This document shows positions 37,745 through 50,499 of a stretch of 64,000 bases of DNA, piece by piece. Numbering within the stretch: the stretch's first letter is position 1; each line of letters starts with the position of its first letter. The stretch is taken from assembly GCF_018350175.1 (NCBI RefSeq), contig NC_058368.1, positions 193,504,001-193,568,000 on the forward strand, given 5' to 3'. Under the pieces are notes generated by a model that made no database searches, was not told the DNA's origin, and worked only from the letters and a program-made list of their open reading frames with translations. The stretch is from Felis catus. Lineage: Eukaryota. The position numbers and the translations under genes were made by a program.

Positions 37745-37961
37745 CAGTGGTTCTCATCTGGCAGTGATTTTTCTCCCCCAAAAGGGTATCAGGCACATGT
37801 CTGGAGTCATGTTTGGCTCTCATAACTGGGGAGGCGCTGCTGGCATCTTGCCAGTAGAGGCCAGGGATGCTGCTAAACATCCTACAATGCATAGGACAGC
37901 CCCCCACAACAAAGAATTATCTGGTCCAAAATATCAATAATGCTGAGGTTGAAACACCCTT
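37745..37961 (+). mobile_element. MER20, full length
   Basis: cagtggttctca...gtagaggccagggatgctgctaaacatcctacaatgcataggacagccccccacaacaaagaattatc...gctgaggttgaaacaccct; cttaag-containing target site on both sides. Confidence 0.92.
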
Positions 37962-38267
37962 CTTAAGGAGACAGAGCAAATGGCACATCTGAGATTACAC
38001 ACCAGGGCTCCGATCCTAGCCTCTCTCCTCATTATATTACATCGAAGAAAGATTAGATTAATCTTCTCTAAAGACTTTTCACACTTTAAAATAGGACACC
38101 TGAAAATGAATGTTCCTTAAAGTCCAAACGGATGTACCTAACAGAGGGGCTCCAGGCAGTTGACAGGCCAGTGGCAAAGCCTTCTAATGCTTCTCTGTGC
38201 CCCAGAGACGGCATGGCACCCACTCCCGAGATCATTCTGACCTATCGCAGTTCATGTCTTTGGCATA

Positions 38268-38463
38268 ATTTTTTTTTTTTAACACTTACCCATTTTTGAG
38301 AGACAGAGAGAGAGAATCAGTGAGGGAGACACAGAATCTGAAGTAGGCTCCAGGCTCTGAGCTGTCAGCACAGAACCCGATGTGGGGCTTGAACCCACAG
38401 ACCTTGAAATCATGACCTGAGCTAAAGTCAGACGCTTAACTGACTGAGCCACCCAGGTGCTCC
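38268..38463 (-). mobile_element. Can-SINE
   Basis: Poly-T tail, ggctccaggctctgagctgtcagcacaga body, ends gccacccaggtgctcc; tttggcat repeated on both flanks. Confidence 0.92.
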
Positions 38464-40289
38464 TTTGGCATTCTTTAAGTTCCATTACCATATAGTCAGA
38501 AATAACCTAAGATTTATATATATATATATATATATTTTTTTTTTCCCCCCTTAACAAATCATGGAGAATGGCATTGGTCAGGGATTGAAAATACAAATGC
38601 CTCTTTGGGCCAAGCAAGAAAATAAACAAATTGAGCCAAGCTGGTGAGAGGGCAATGAGGACAAAGACAACTAGAAGGTATACAATATTTCAAAAGGCAG
38701 TAGGCAGTTGCGGGCCCTTGATGACAGCCAATTGTTGGAAGGAACCAGAGGCCTGATGTGGCCTAATAGTCTGATTTTTTTTTTTTCCCAAGAGAAAGCA
38801 GAAATAAGGATTTTGTGTTTTTTTAAACACCAAGTGTACCTTCCCTGCACAGGATACAAAAACACAGGGGGTGTACAGAGGGAAGTGTCTCTCAGCTTGA
38901 GCTGGCCCACGGGCCACAGAGTGCCAGTTCTGGGTCAGTGGAAGGTGAGACTCAAGGGTCCAACTTGGGGGATAAGTCCATGTCATCTCTGGGCCTTTGT
39001 TCCCCCCTCTGTAAAGTGACGAGACTAGATTAGGTGATGGCTATAGACTGTTGTGGCTCTGACCCTGTGAGTCCATTTGAGGGCGGGGACCCAGTGAGAA
39101 AGGAAACTGATGAGGAATGGATCTGGGAGGGCCTGTGCTCTCCCCCTGTGAGTGACCAGGGCCATCAGCAGGTTCCTTCCCCTCCCCTGGGCTCGCATCT
39201 CAATCTGTAAAATGTGGGGGTTGTACCAAGGTCTCTTCTGGCTCCAACGTCTTAGGCTTCTAGTGCAAAACAATTCAAGGGTGGGGGGAAGCCATCAAAT
39301 TTATGATCTGAGAACAGATCGCTGACAGCTAACAAATTGGCAAAAACGCAATCAGAGAGAGGCTGCCTCTGTGGCTTTTATAAAGGCCCTGTTTTAAAAG
39401 ATGTAGAAGAAAATAATAATGATAATATTTTTCATGTTTTTAGCACAATTCCTACAGAAAGCTCCCAAAATACTCCACAGACTGTGTGTGGTGAGAACAC
39501 CACCCCAAAGAATGTAATTACCCAGCCTGGAGTTCTGCCAGGTTTAACAGCATTTTCTTTCTTTTTTTTCTTCTTTCAGTCTTCCCTCCCCTTCTCAAAC
39601 AAATGACAGCATTTTCATAAGCCCTCAGCATTACTAGGTAATTAGGGAGCAGTGCAAGTTCTGGAAAATACCCTGGGGCAGGATCAATGCCTGGGAAAAA
39701 AAAAAAAAAAAAAAAAAAAGGTCTATTCCAGGGGGAAGATCCTACGCAGAAGCCTTACTGGTAGAAATCGGAGGCACCACTGACTTCCTCCGGATCATCA
39801 GTGCCTTCAGAAAGGTGGCCTGGGCAATGCTCACAAGAGCGGCTGTCCAGTGCACCTCCCTCCCCATGGCTTTGCTGGGGCGGGGGGGTGATCTACAGGC
39901 AAGACAGCAGGACTCTCAGTGCACCCTCGATGAATGCATGATTTTGGATGAGGTAGCCCACCCCTTTGTCTCGGTGTCTTGTCTGTGACATGGGGTTGAC
40001 AAGAGGCCTACTTCATGAGGCTCGCATGAGGATTAATAATGTGCCAGATGCCAAGGGCCTGGCAAAGCTACAAGCACACAGTAAGGACTTTGCCAGCTAT
40101 TATTGCAGAAGTGGGAAATGTGATTGTTCTCGCCTAGTGGTTGGAGTTCAGGTGCGTCCTGGCACCTGAGGTCTTCCACGTGGCTCCCATCTGCTTCTGA
40201 AATCTTCTCCTATAGCTCAGGTGGCCAGTCTTCCCTTAACCCTATGTCACTTCCCCACACCCTGAGAACATCTGTCCATCAGGGACACA

Positions 40290-41110
40290 CAAACTGCTGA
40301 TTCTACCGCCCGCAACCTGCTCTTCCCCCTCATTCCTCCCATCTCCCTAAATGACACCTTCACTCCCCTGGTCATCAAGCCAAGGACTCCACATCCAACC
40401 CATCAGCAAACTTTATGGGCCGGGCTTTCAAAATACAGGCTGAATCTACCCCTTCCCACCACCTCCCCATCCGCCCCGCCTCGCCTCTCATCTGATCATG
40501 GCAATCTTTACCAACGCTTGTTTCTACTCCTTCTCTACCTCCCCCACCCTGCTAACCACCATGGCAACATAATTTGTTCGCTGTACAGAAGCCAGAGTGA
40601 AACTTTTAAAAACAGAAGTCAGATTTTGTCACTCCCCAGCTCTAAAATATCCAGAAGCTTCACATCATTCTTAGGATAAAATCCAAAATCTCGCTAGTGG
40701 CTGCCTCTTCAACCCCATGTGCTATATTCTTCTTCCCTTGCTCACTCTACTCCAATCACATTAGCCTTCTCGTTGTTCCTTGGATGCACTAAGCATCGTT
40801 TGTCTCAGGACCTTTGCACTTGCCCTCATTTCCACGTGGAAAGCTCCTCTAATAGAGCTGAACACGGCTTCCTCTCTCGTTTTCTACAGGCTTCTGTTCA
40901 AAAGTTTCTTATTTATTTGAAACAGAATCCCTGCCCCCTGCCATGATTTTTGTTTCCCTTACTCTACTTCATTTTTCTTGGCAGTGCTTATCCTACTTAC
41001 ATACACCATTTTATCATTTGACCCATTATTAGAATGTATCTTGCTCACTCCAGCGCTTAGGATGGGCTCCAATACAAAGTGAGTTCTCCGTAACTTGGTG
41101 AATGAATGAA
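40290..41110 (+). mobile_element. L2 3' fragment
   Basis: Pyrimidine-rich body (catccaacccatcagcaaa...agccagagtgaaacttttaaaa...caggacctttgcacttgc) ending gtgaatgaatgaa. Confidence 0.75.
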
Positions 41111-41344
41111 CGCATGGTCTTTATCCTCCCCTAAAATATGCTTGCTTTTCTTTGTCATCTTCTGATCTTTTCAGACCCCATTCGTTACCCATCTTCCCCA
41201 CAATGCCCTGCCACACCCATTTGGCCTCCCCGAAAATCAGTTACTGATCACTTATTGCTTTTAACTGATATTTAACTTAGCCTCTCCCACTTGATTTTCA
41301 GCCCTTTGGGGCACATGAGTCATGCCTATGATATAATGAGAGTT

Positions 41345-41582
41345 AATGATTTTTCAGTACTTACTATATGCCAGGCTACACATCTACTACATGTCATGGG
41401 ATAGTCACAGCAACCCTGTGAGTTAGGAACTCTTATCATTCTATTCATGGGTTGGGAAGGGAGCGTTGGGGACATTAAGTTACTTTCCAAGTTTATATAG
41501 CTATTAGAGGCAGGGTTAGGATTTCAACCCATATATGCCTGGTTCCTAAGGCTGGTTCTCCTAACCATTATCCTATACTGTC
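41345..41582 (-). mobile_element. MIR SINE
   Basis: tacttactatatgccagg...cacagcaaccctgtgag...ttaagttactttccaag...ggatttcaaccc...ctaaccattatcctatactgt. Confidence 0.75.
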
Positions 41583-43245
41583 TCAGGGGCCAGGCTCATC
41601 AATTTGGTCAATTTGCACTTGCACAGGCCCTTGACCATGTGTGTTATACTTCCAGAAAAGTAAAGGGCTTTGCCCCAGGACACATGGCCAAGAGAGGATG
41701 TGGCTCAGGGAGGCCTTATACTCAAAACTTCATTCTCTAGTAGCTCAACCACAGTATTAGCAGGAAGGGGCCCTAGAAAGCCATTCAGAAAGCATGCACA
41801 AGACTGGGGTTTGCTTCAAAAAACAAATGTGTCTTGAGAAAGAAGGTGAACCATTGTTTCTTGCCCCATATCTGGTAGCCTTCTTTGAGGCCCAATGGTA
41901 ATTATGGTGCCTATTGTAGTGCCCAACCACCCCCACAGCCAAAGGGGGATTTTAATCTGTTTTCAGGAAACTCAAAATGTAAATGATTCTAATTGACTGC
42001 GATACTCCTAGTTTTAAATTTTGCTGCTTGCCTAACCTCTAAACTTTCCTTTATTACTCCAAAAGAGACAACATCATGCAGAAGGGGGAAAAAAAGGCTA
42101 AGAGTGGGACATCTCTTATGTGGAAAAGAAGCAGGTAGAATGTTAGAATTGGAAGGAAATTTTGAGACAATGGAGTCCAACACCTTCATTTTACAAATAT
42201 CAGGAACTCAGAAAGGTTAAGTCATTTGTCCTGGGTCACGCAGCAGATAGTGGCAGATCAGGAACTTGAAACCCAAGCTCTACCATATGGGAGTATTGTT
42301 CGTGTCCTGTGACAGTGAGATCTGATACAAAGCTCACCTAAACAGGTTCAAGGAATGGCTCTAAAGACTACAACCCATAGAAACACAAGAGAAGGGGCCT
42401 AGGTTAGATTCATCTTTTAGAAGAGGAATATGGAGTCCCTGGAGAATGTGATCTGCCCACAAGCCCATTGCTCATGTGGTAATTTTTCCACTAGACGCTT
42501 CTGAGATGATGTTTCAGCATAACAGACAAGGAAGGTCAAACAGTGAGTCTGCATGTTGCCTGACGGTTGGACAGTGGCAAGAATCAAAGAGAATAAACAC
42601 AGGCAAGAGTTTGTATGAACTTCCCTGGTATCCTTCACAGAGATCCCCTAAATAAGACTTAATTCCTGTCCTCTACTCCTCACTTTGGATTAACCCCTTC
42701 CCTTCTCTGTTGATCCCTTTTATGGGCCCCTCAGATAAAGCAGCCCCATAACTCCCCATTCATTGTTCCCACCTTCCTTCTATCCTATGGTAGGATAGAA
42801 TCTACTGGAGTAGATTCACACCCTCAGTGACCCATTTCAATACCTGCCAACCTGAACTGTTCACACTGCTCCACCATCACTTCTAGTCCCTAACCCAAGC
42901 AGAAATGGCACCTTGGCTCTTGAAGAATAGAAAAGAAGGAAGCACCCATGACAGAATGGAATCAGCCTCCTTGGGGAAAGCAAGGACAATAACGTAACAT
43001 CATTAATAGCAGCTACTACTTTCCACCATATGCAGCACACTGTGCTAAGTACTTTATACACATTATACCACTCGATCCTTTTAGCAACCCATAGCATTGT
43101 GATAAGCCCCGTCGTCCAGGGCACATCTTGGTCTATGAGTCTTCAAAGCCTTTGCCATTCACTACTCAGCTCCGTGTGTCCCCCCAACAAACCTTGTGGA
43201 AACAGTGCTAGTGGTTCTCTTTGGTTTAACAAGTAATGAGACTTT

Positions 43246-43455
43246 GGGGCACCTGGGTGGCCCAGTCGGTTAAGCGTCCGACTTCGGCTCAGGTCATGAT
43301 CTCGCGGTTTCTGGGTTCGAGCCCCGCGTCGGGCTCTGTGCTGACAACTCGGAGCCTGGAGCCTGCTGCCTGCTTCTGTGTCTCTTTCTCTCTCTGCCCC
43401 TCCCCCACTTGTGCTCTGTTTCTATCGAAAATAAATAACGTAAAAAATATATATG
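43246..43455 (+). mobile_element. Can-SINE (SINEC_Fc type)
   Basis: ggggcacctgggtggcccagtcggttaagcgtccgact head, ggttcgagcc B-box; TSD core aagtaatgagact on both sides. Confidence 0.95.
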
Positions 43456-44719
43456 TTAATAAGTAATGAGACTAACTCAGGAACTTAAAGTACTAATCTA
43501 AGGATACACGACTAGCACCTGGTAGAACCAGGTCTCAAGTCAGATAATTTCTCCCTATTTAACACTGCCAGTTCCTGCTCCCTATGATGCTCTTCACTGT
43601 TGTCGGGGGGGAGGGGTCAAGAGTCTCCCTTGTCTCCCTTCTCTCTACCCTTGTTTTAGGCAAAAGGCAGTGATTCCTGCCTCTCCCTCTTCAAATGAGG
43701 CTCTCAGACAAGGTCAATGATGCCAAGCAGTCCATGGACTGTATGATACCTCTTTTAAAGAAAATAAAACCTGGTTCTACAATATTGACTTCTATTATTT
43801 TTATAGCAAAAACGACAGCATTTCAGCTGTGGTAATGTCAACGTGGCTTTGGTGGGCTCACCTGGGAAACTAACCACTTTTCACTGATAACATTTTCTGT
43901 GAAAAATGAGCCATTCTTTGTCTATAACACTTTCTACCTGAACACATTAAAAAAAAATACACTCCTTGAACTCAAAACAATAGTAAGACTTCAAATCATT
44001 TGGCAAACTATTTAGGACACAAGACTTCTTTCAATGGAAGGGGTCTCTAGGGTTCCCTTTCCTGACACCAGTAGGTACAATATGGTGGGAGTAACATAGT
44101 ACTCTGGCTCCAGAGGTATGAAATAGTCAGGAAAGTGCTTCACCAGGCCAAGTGACATCTGGAAGCACCCTAAGATGACTTCACTCAGCGCCAACCACTG
44201 GTGCCTGGCTTTGCCCTGGAAGTTAAATCTGAGCAGGTACTTCTCCAACCTCAGCTCTCTCGGGCCAGACCAACGCACACAATGGCATGACCCCTACCAG
44301 CAGTGCCACTTAGTCTTAGAGACTTCTGTGTTCCCTCTGATATGGATACATGCACAGCTACTCTGGGTTCCTACCATAGCTTTTGGCAGGACAGGTATCC
44401 TGAGTTATCTCAGGTATCCTGAAAGACAGTTAAGATCGATGGCTTGGGGTGTAGGTTCTCCTGGACGTCACACATCCAGCCCTCTGCCTCACAGTTCCCC
44501 ACAGTGTGGCTCAGGAACCTTCTACCTTCCCCACAGTGTGCTCCCCTCCCACACACTTGTAGAGCTGCAGCTATTTGTGGGTCTGTGATGGCCAAGCAGG
44601 GCACTGCAGCCCAAGGCTGGAAAGCCCTGGGGGAGAGGGGGACACAGAATATCGACTGACTTTCTCCGTGACCACTTTCACTCCGTGACTTTCTCCGTGA
44701 CCAAGCATTCCAGGTGCTT

Positions 44720-44937
44720 GAGGCGCCTGGGTGGCTCTGTCGGTTAAAAGCCGCCTACTTCAGCTTATGTCATGATCTCACTGCTCATGAGTTCAAGCCC
44801 CGCGTCAGGCTCTGTGCTGACATCTCGGAGCCTGGAGCCTACTTCGGATTCTGCTTCGGATCCCTCTCTCTGCTCCTTCCCTCTCATGCTCTGTCTTCTC
44901 TCAAATAAATAACCATTGATTTTTTTTTTTTTTTTTT
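44720..44937 (+). mobile_element. Can-SINE
   Basis: gaggcgcctgggtggctc head; TSD aag(c/t)attccag(g/a)tgctt. Confidence 0.93.
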
Positions 44938-46061
44938 AAGTATTCCAGATGCTTCTGCTACAGAGCACTTCCTTTCCTTGTGGGAACCCAGCTCCTGGCC
45001 CCTGATGGGATTAGCTAACCTCCTTTGCACCCTATAAAGCTAACCAACCTCTCCTGAATTGTCATCCCTGCATGGGCCTCCCAAAGGGCCCCTCTCAGAC
45101 TTACCTTCAGCCTCTCCAAATTGTGATGCTCTCCTTCCGGGGGGAAGTCCACGTGGCAGCTGGCCCACTGCTGGGTGCGGTGACCTCAGCACAGGAAGCA
45201 GAATGCCTTGGCCCAGGAGTAGAGCCCTGAAGACGAGGGCCTCAGGGGGCCAGTTGGGAAGCACGGTCACCCACTCTCCAGCACTGTGAGATGATGCTCA
45301 CTGTGCAGCCAGAGCACAAGAGAAGCGCTTCTTCCATTCTGACTTCAAAGGCAATGATAATAGGGAGAAGGAGGCCAGCAGGTTGCTCAGGAGGGATGAC
45401 CCTACCTGGGCTCATGGGGCAGAGACAGGGTATCAGAGGCCTGAATTGCTTCCTCGTCAAAAAGCCACTAGAAGGGCTCGGCCGTGGTGGGAGAGAGGTC
45501 CTACTCCAGTTCCCGGATGCTCCCCAAGATGGGCATCGAGGAAGAGGAAGAGGAAGGAGCAGCAGGCAGACTCCAAAGCTGCAGCCTGGACCAGCCTCCA
45601 GGGTGCCTGCCAGCTCCCGGTCCCGGGTCCTGCGCCTCCCTGACCTCGGGGGAGGGGGAGGGGCAGCATGGGCAGGGTGAGGCGACTCTTCCTCACCCAG
45701 GGATCCGGACAATTCTATCACTTTGCAGCCTCTTCCAAGTCCAGCTCCTGCCTGCTATCTTCAGGGGGGACCTGAGGCAGGTCTTGGACAGAGCACCGGA
45801 ACCGGAAGAAGTATCTACATCAGGGGCAGGGGCGGGAGCTTTGAAACAAGAAATGGGGGCAGGTCTCCGAAGAGCCAGGAGGGGCCTTGTGACTTCCACT
45901 GGTGCCTCTGGAGTGAGCAGTGGCAACAGGTAACTGGCATTCTTTCTCAAGGACATTTGGACCGTTATAGAGATGGCCCAGAAGTTAGCCTAAAACAGTA
46001 GGTGTCAAAGCCAATGTTGCCAAATGTAACCCACGTGATTATTTTCATCTCACTAATATTT

Positions 46062-46290
46062 AGAACATGAGCTCCAGAGTCAGAATGCGGGATTTGCAGA
46101 CCAGCTGGAGGTTTATTAGCATGTGACCTTGGGCACAGTACTTCAGCTCTCTGAGCCTCCCATTGTCTATCCATAAAATGGGGATAAAAATACTTCGGAG
46201 GGGTGTTGTGAGGACTAAAGAAGTAGTTACATGTAGTATTTGGCGCAATGCCTCATAAACAGTTGACATGCAATACATGTTTATGGTTAG
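46062..46290 (+). mobile_element. MIR SINE
   Basis: tgtgaccttgggcacagtacttcagctctctgagcctc...taaaatggggataa...tgttgtgaggactaaa core. Confidence 0.8.
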
Positions 46291-46771
46291 CTAAGCTTTA
46301 TTGGCATCTAATTTGGTCCAGCACTTAACTGCATACTTGGAATGAAAAAGGCAGCTCCTAGGCTGTTTTCTTTACTGAGGAAAATAAAACAGATGTCTGT
46401 GCAGCCTGGTAGATAAATACCAATGAGCAAACAGGAAAATCCAAGGTCGGGGCAAGAAGACAATGTGAAGGTTCAAAGAGGAATCTTTGGAGCCTTATAA
46501 AGAAGATCCTTTCACCCGGAGCATGAGGGAAGTGGAGAGGGGAGACCTTCAAGGCTGCCTGAGGACATCCTTGACAGAGCTGCTAACCCAAACCTTCTAG
46601 AGTTTAGCATCAAAACGAATCTGTATCACACTTAACCCTGCAGGCTTGGGAAGATGTGGGAGAACTGGTTGTGAATGCTCTAATCGCTTGCAGGGAGGCC
46701 CATCTAGGCCAAGCTCCCTTTCACTTTAGGCCGAGAAAGCTGAACTCAGGAAAACACTTCTTCATAAGAGA

Positions 46772-47000
46772 GAGTATGATGTAATGGATGAGATCCCAGG
46801 CTGGAGAGCCAAAGTCCCTGTGTTTGAATCCCAGCTCTGCTCATTCCTAACTGTGGGACCTTAGGAAAATCATGCCACCTCTTTGGTAGTGTTTTTGCCT
46901 GTAAAGTGGTGATCATGTGGACATCAGAAATCTGTTTTGAGTTTAGTAACTGTAGCAGAGTGTCTGACACATAGTAAATGCTCAGCTGTTAGCTATTATT
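46772..47000 (+). mobile_element. MIR SINE
   Basis: tttgaatcccagctctgc...ctgtgggaccttagg...tctgacacatagtaaatgctcagctgttagctattatt. Confidence 0.75.
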
Positions 47001-47409
47001 ACCCATGCTTCAAACCCTTGTAGCCTCTTCCTTCTCACGGGCTCACATTCCCCATTCTTGCTTCTTACTGAGTTTCACCACCCACTTCCATGGGAGGTTC
47101 TGAGAAGAAAATATTTAAGCCGTTCTCTCCTTACCAGGGTGTACCCTCTTGTCTTGCAGTAAATAGCTTTGTTTTTCTGAACTTTATTTCTAGCCTCTGC
47201 TCAAAAGTAGCTTTTAGTCAAGGCAAAACTCAGCCTCCACAGATTCAGTCCAGACCTGGTAATGATCTCAAGGTGGGGGATTCAAGGAAAAATAAGCAGC
47301 TACATATAGCTTGAGTCTAAAATGTGTGTGTGTTGCGGGGGGGGGGGGGGGCAGGGATTAAACATGTAGGTGAGGGTCATGGTTTAAAGCACTATAGTTC
47401 ACTGGTAGT

Positions 47410-47654
47410 GAGTGGGGGGTGGTTGAAAGGGGATAGCTTTGCCCTCCTGGGAGATATTTGGCAATTTCTGGAGACAGTTTTGATTGTCACAACTTGGAGG
47501 GAGGGTTTGCTACCGACACCTAGCGACAGAGGGCAAGGGTGATGCTCAACATCCTTTGGTGAACAGAACAGCCTCTAACAAGAAAGAATTATCCGGCCCC
47601 AGCAAATAATTACCCGGCCCAAAATGTCAACAGTGCCAAGGATGAGAACCTCTG
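47410..47654 (+). mobile_element. MER20 with small internal tandem duplication
   Basis: tttgccctcctgggagatatttggcaatttctggagaca...gtcacaact...aaaatgtcaacagtgccaaggatgagaacctctg; aattatccggccc / aattacccggccc duplicated. Confidence 0.85.
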
Positions 47655-48299
47655 GTTTAGAGGGAGCTACCTTGGAAAGGTAGACAGGGAATAGATTATT
47701 GAGGACAAGACTAAAGGGAGTCATTGAAGGCTTTTGAGCAGGAGAAGTGACATATTCCATGCAGTGCTTTAGAGAGAGAATCCAGGAGACCTAGGCAGGA
47801 GCCAGTTAGAAAGTTATTGCAATTACAATTAACTAGGTGAATTCCAGAATTAGGGCAACAGAAGAGGGAGTAAAAAAGGAAGTGTTAAATTAGAATTTAG
47901 GTTTGATCCAACTTCTCTACCACTCGTCACCTCCTATCCCCCTACGTGCACTATTTGTATTATGGTTATAAAAATGCCATTATTTCTGAACCACGTGGCA
48001 TATTCTGAATACACCTTCTTTCATGTACAGCTTTTTATTTTTTAAGTGTAATGAATTCCTTCCTTTTAGGTTTATTTCATTACATTGGACAGAAAAATAC
48101 AAACCAACGTCTGGTAGGGTGGGGTAGGGAAATTGGATGGCATAAGGGTTGTTTTAGCAGTAGTTACAACATTTTATTTTTTGAAGAAAAAAAAACCTCT
48201 GACTCTGGTACAGCAGAAATGTTTGTTGCAATATGCAATAGTTTCAGAATTTTATGTGGTTGAAATGTTTCATATTAATTTTTTTCATTCAAGGAAAAG

Positions 48300-48950
48300 A
48301 GTTATATTAGACTTTGACAGGGTAGAATTGGAAAACATTTTCAATTTGCTGAAGTTAGAAAAAGAAGAGTGAAAAATTATATGCTGGTGTTTTAGGCCTC
48401 ATAGAGCAGAAGTATAGGGATGATAACTAAAGTGAAAAAGGTGTGTGTGCACGCATGTATATGTGTGCAGATGCTGGGAAAGAGGGAGGGACTGCCAAGA
48501 AGAAGAGTAATCTTTTAGATATGCTAAGCTCAGTAGCCTACAATACAATACATCTTTGTGGAAATGTGGCCACAAGGAAGCTAAGTCAGGAATTCAGAAT
48601 CAGAAGTCAGGGCAAGCCTCTGAGTCTCGCGCAGCATGTGCTTGGCTGGGGTTTCCAAGGGAGGGTGTAGAGTGAAGAGAGACAAAATCTAAACACTGGA
48701 CCTTGTAAACTATTGATATGTTAGGGTCTAAGGAAGAAAAGATATGTTAAAGGAAACCAAGGAGAAATTCCAGGAGCTAGACGAGTACAAGAAGAATATG
48801 TTGTCATGGAAACCAAGGAAGAGAGAATTTCTGAAAAGGAAAAGGTGGACAATGGTGTTAAAGGCTATAGAAGAGGTGGAGGGTTGGGCTGAGAAGGAGC
48901 CACTGGATTTGACGATACATGGGGCATCTCAAGAAAGCAATGTCACTAGA
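48300..48950 (-). mobile_element. L2 internal fragment
   Basis: Purine-rich antisense L2 pattern (tgtcatggaaaccaaggaagagagaatttc...ccactggatttgac). Confidence 0.6.
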
Positions 48951-49900
48951 GTAAGGGGCCTCTCCTTCATTCATTCAAATCTACTTATGGATTACATATA
49001 TGTCATGGGGCAGTGTGAGGGTGTGAGGATATAAGCCAGAACAGGGTTCCTTGCCTTCCTGAACCTCACAGTGTGCTGCTGACATCTACAAACCAATAGC
49101 ATGTAATGTGGCAATGCATTATAGCTGTGATAGAAGCATGCATAGGATGTGATGGGATCATCTGAGGGAAGGCTTCCTAGAGGAAGTGACATCCGAGATG
49201 AATTTTAAAGGATGAAGGATGAATTGGAGTCGGCTACATTGGTGACGAAGGTTGGTAAAAAGAGAAACACTCTTCCAGCCAGAAGGATCGGTGTGAGCAA
49301 AGTCTGAGAGCCAAGAGAAATCATGGTGACTATTCAAAGAGCCTGAGTAATTTGGAATGTTTGGAGAGGCAAAGGATAAGCTCCCGGGCTGTGCGGGGAT
49401 CAGACCAGAACCACATTTGTATGTTACAATGTAGCATTTGGACTTTATTTTGAAGTTAACCAGGGGTTATTTGTCCTACCCCGAAAGGATTGCCTCAACC
49501 TGTCCGGGTTTACTTTTTAACACACTTGTTTAGGGCAGCCCAGAACTTTAAATCACTGCATCTGGGTTTAGCAGGTATTCAAAAACATTTGTTGAATTAG
49601 GGGAAAACATGTAAAATCAACAAATCTCAATCATTTTATTCAAGAAAGCGAACTAATGAAAGAGAAATTGAACTTGTGAAATGGAGCAGGAGCAGAGAGG
49701 AGGTAGGATAGTTAGGATTGTTGTCTATTTTCCTCATGTCAAAAAAAAAGCCACATGTTAAGATTATATAAATGCTTACTCATTATGGCAAATGTTAACA
49801 TGTAACAGCGTACAAGTCCAAGTCCCCTAAAAACCCCCCACTGAGACAACCGCTATCGACACTTCTGTGGCCACTTGTTTCCACATCTCTTTATATATAC

Positions 49901-50360
49901 TGTGAAATATTAATAAAGGGAAACCTCCCTAAAGGGAACTCAGGATACTAGAAGAGGAACTGGTAGGAGGAGTCCTACCACTCAGTGTCAATTACAGGAA
50001 AAGTTGTCAATTACAGTTGTCCCTAACAGAAGAATCTCAACAGGAAAGAATCATCAAGTACAGGCCCCAAAAGGGAAAGGGGTCCATTGCATTTCCTATA
50101 GGAAATCAACTACCCCTGCAAATCGGCTAATGAGAAACTGTCATCAACTGGATTCTTGCTTCCCACTGGACTTTTGTTCAAAACAACCCCTCCCAACTTC
50201 CTCCTTCTTCTCTGTAAAATAACATTCCTCTTTTTTTTTATTGGTCTTGCCTGTAGTTTTGCTGTCACTTCCTTGTCCCGGATTGCAATGCTCTGCTATT
50301 CCTGAATGAACCCATCTTTTGCTGTTGAAATAACTGATAGTTTTGTTTTTAAGGTTAACA
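49901..50360 (+). mobile_element. ERV1-class solo LTR (MER34-like)
   Basis: TG...CA ends, 460 bp; 3' part cccggattgcaatgctctgctattcctgaatgaacccatcttttgctg...aaataactg...ttttaaggttaaca resembles recalled MER34 termini; sits within an old L1-like fragment. Confidence 0.7.
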
Positions 50361-50499
50361 GTATGTAGACGTTCACGTGTCTACATTTACGTGAATGAGA
50401 TCATAGCTTATGTGTTTTATCATGGAAATACTTTATATTCCTTTTGTTGTGGGTGCAATGGGGAAATACTGAGCACATTAATCTACTGAAATAAGTGTC

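Noticed and set aside
45484..45933. 149-aa ORF as a named protein or retroviral gag-like gene
   Set aside because: Non-ATG start and no match I can recognise; kept only as part of the unexplained island finding.
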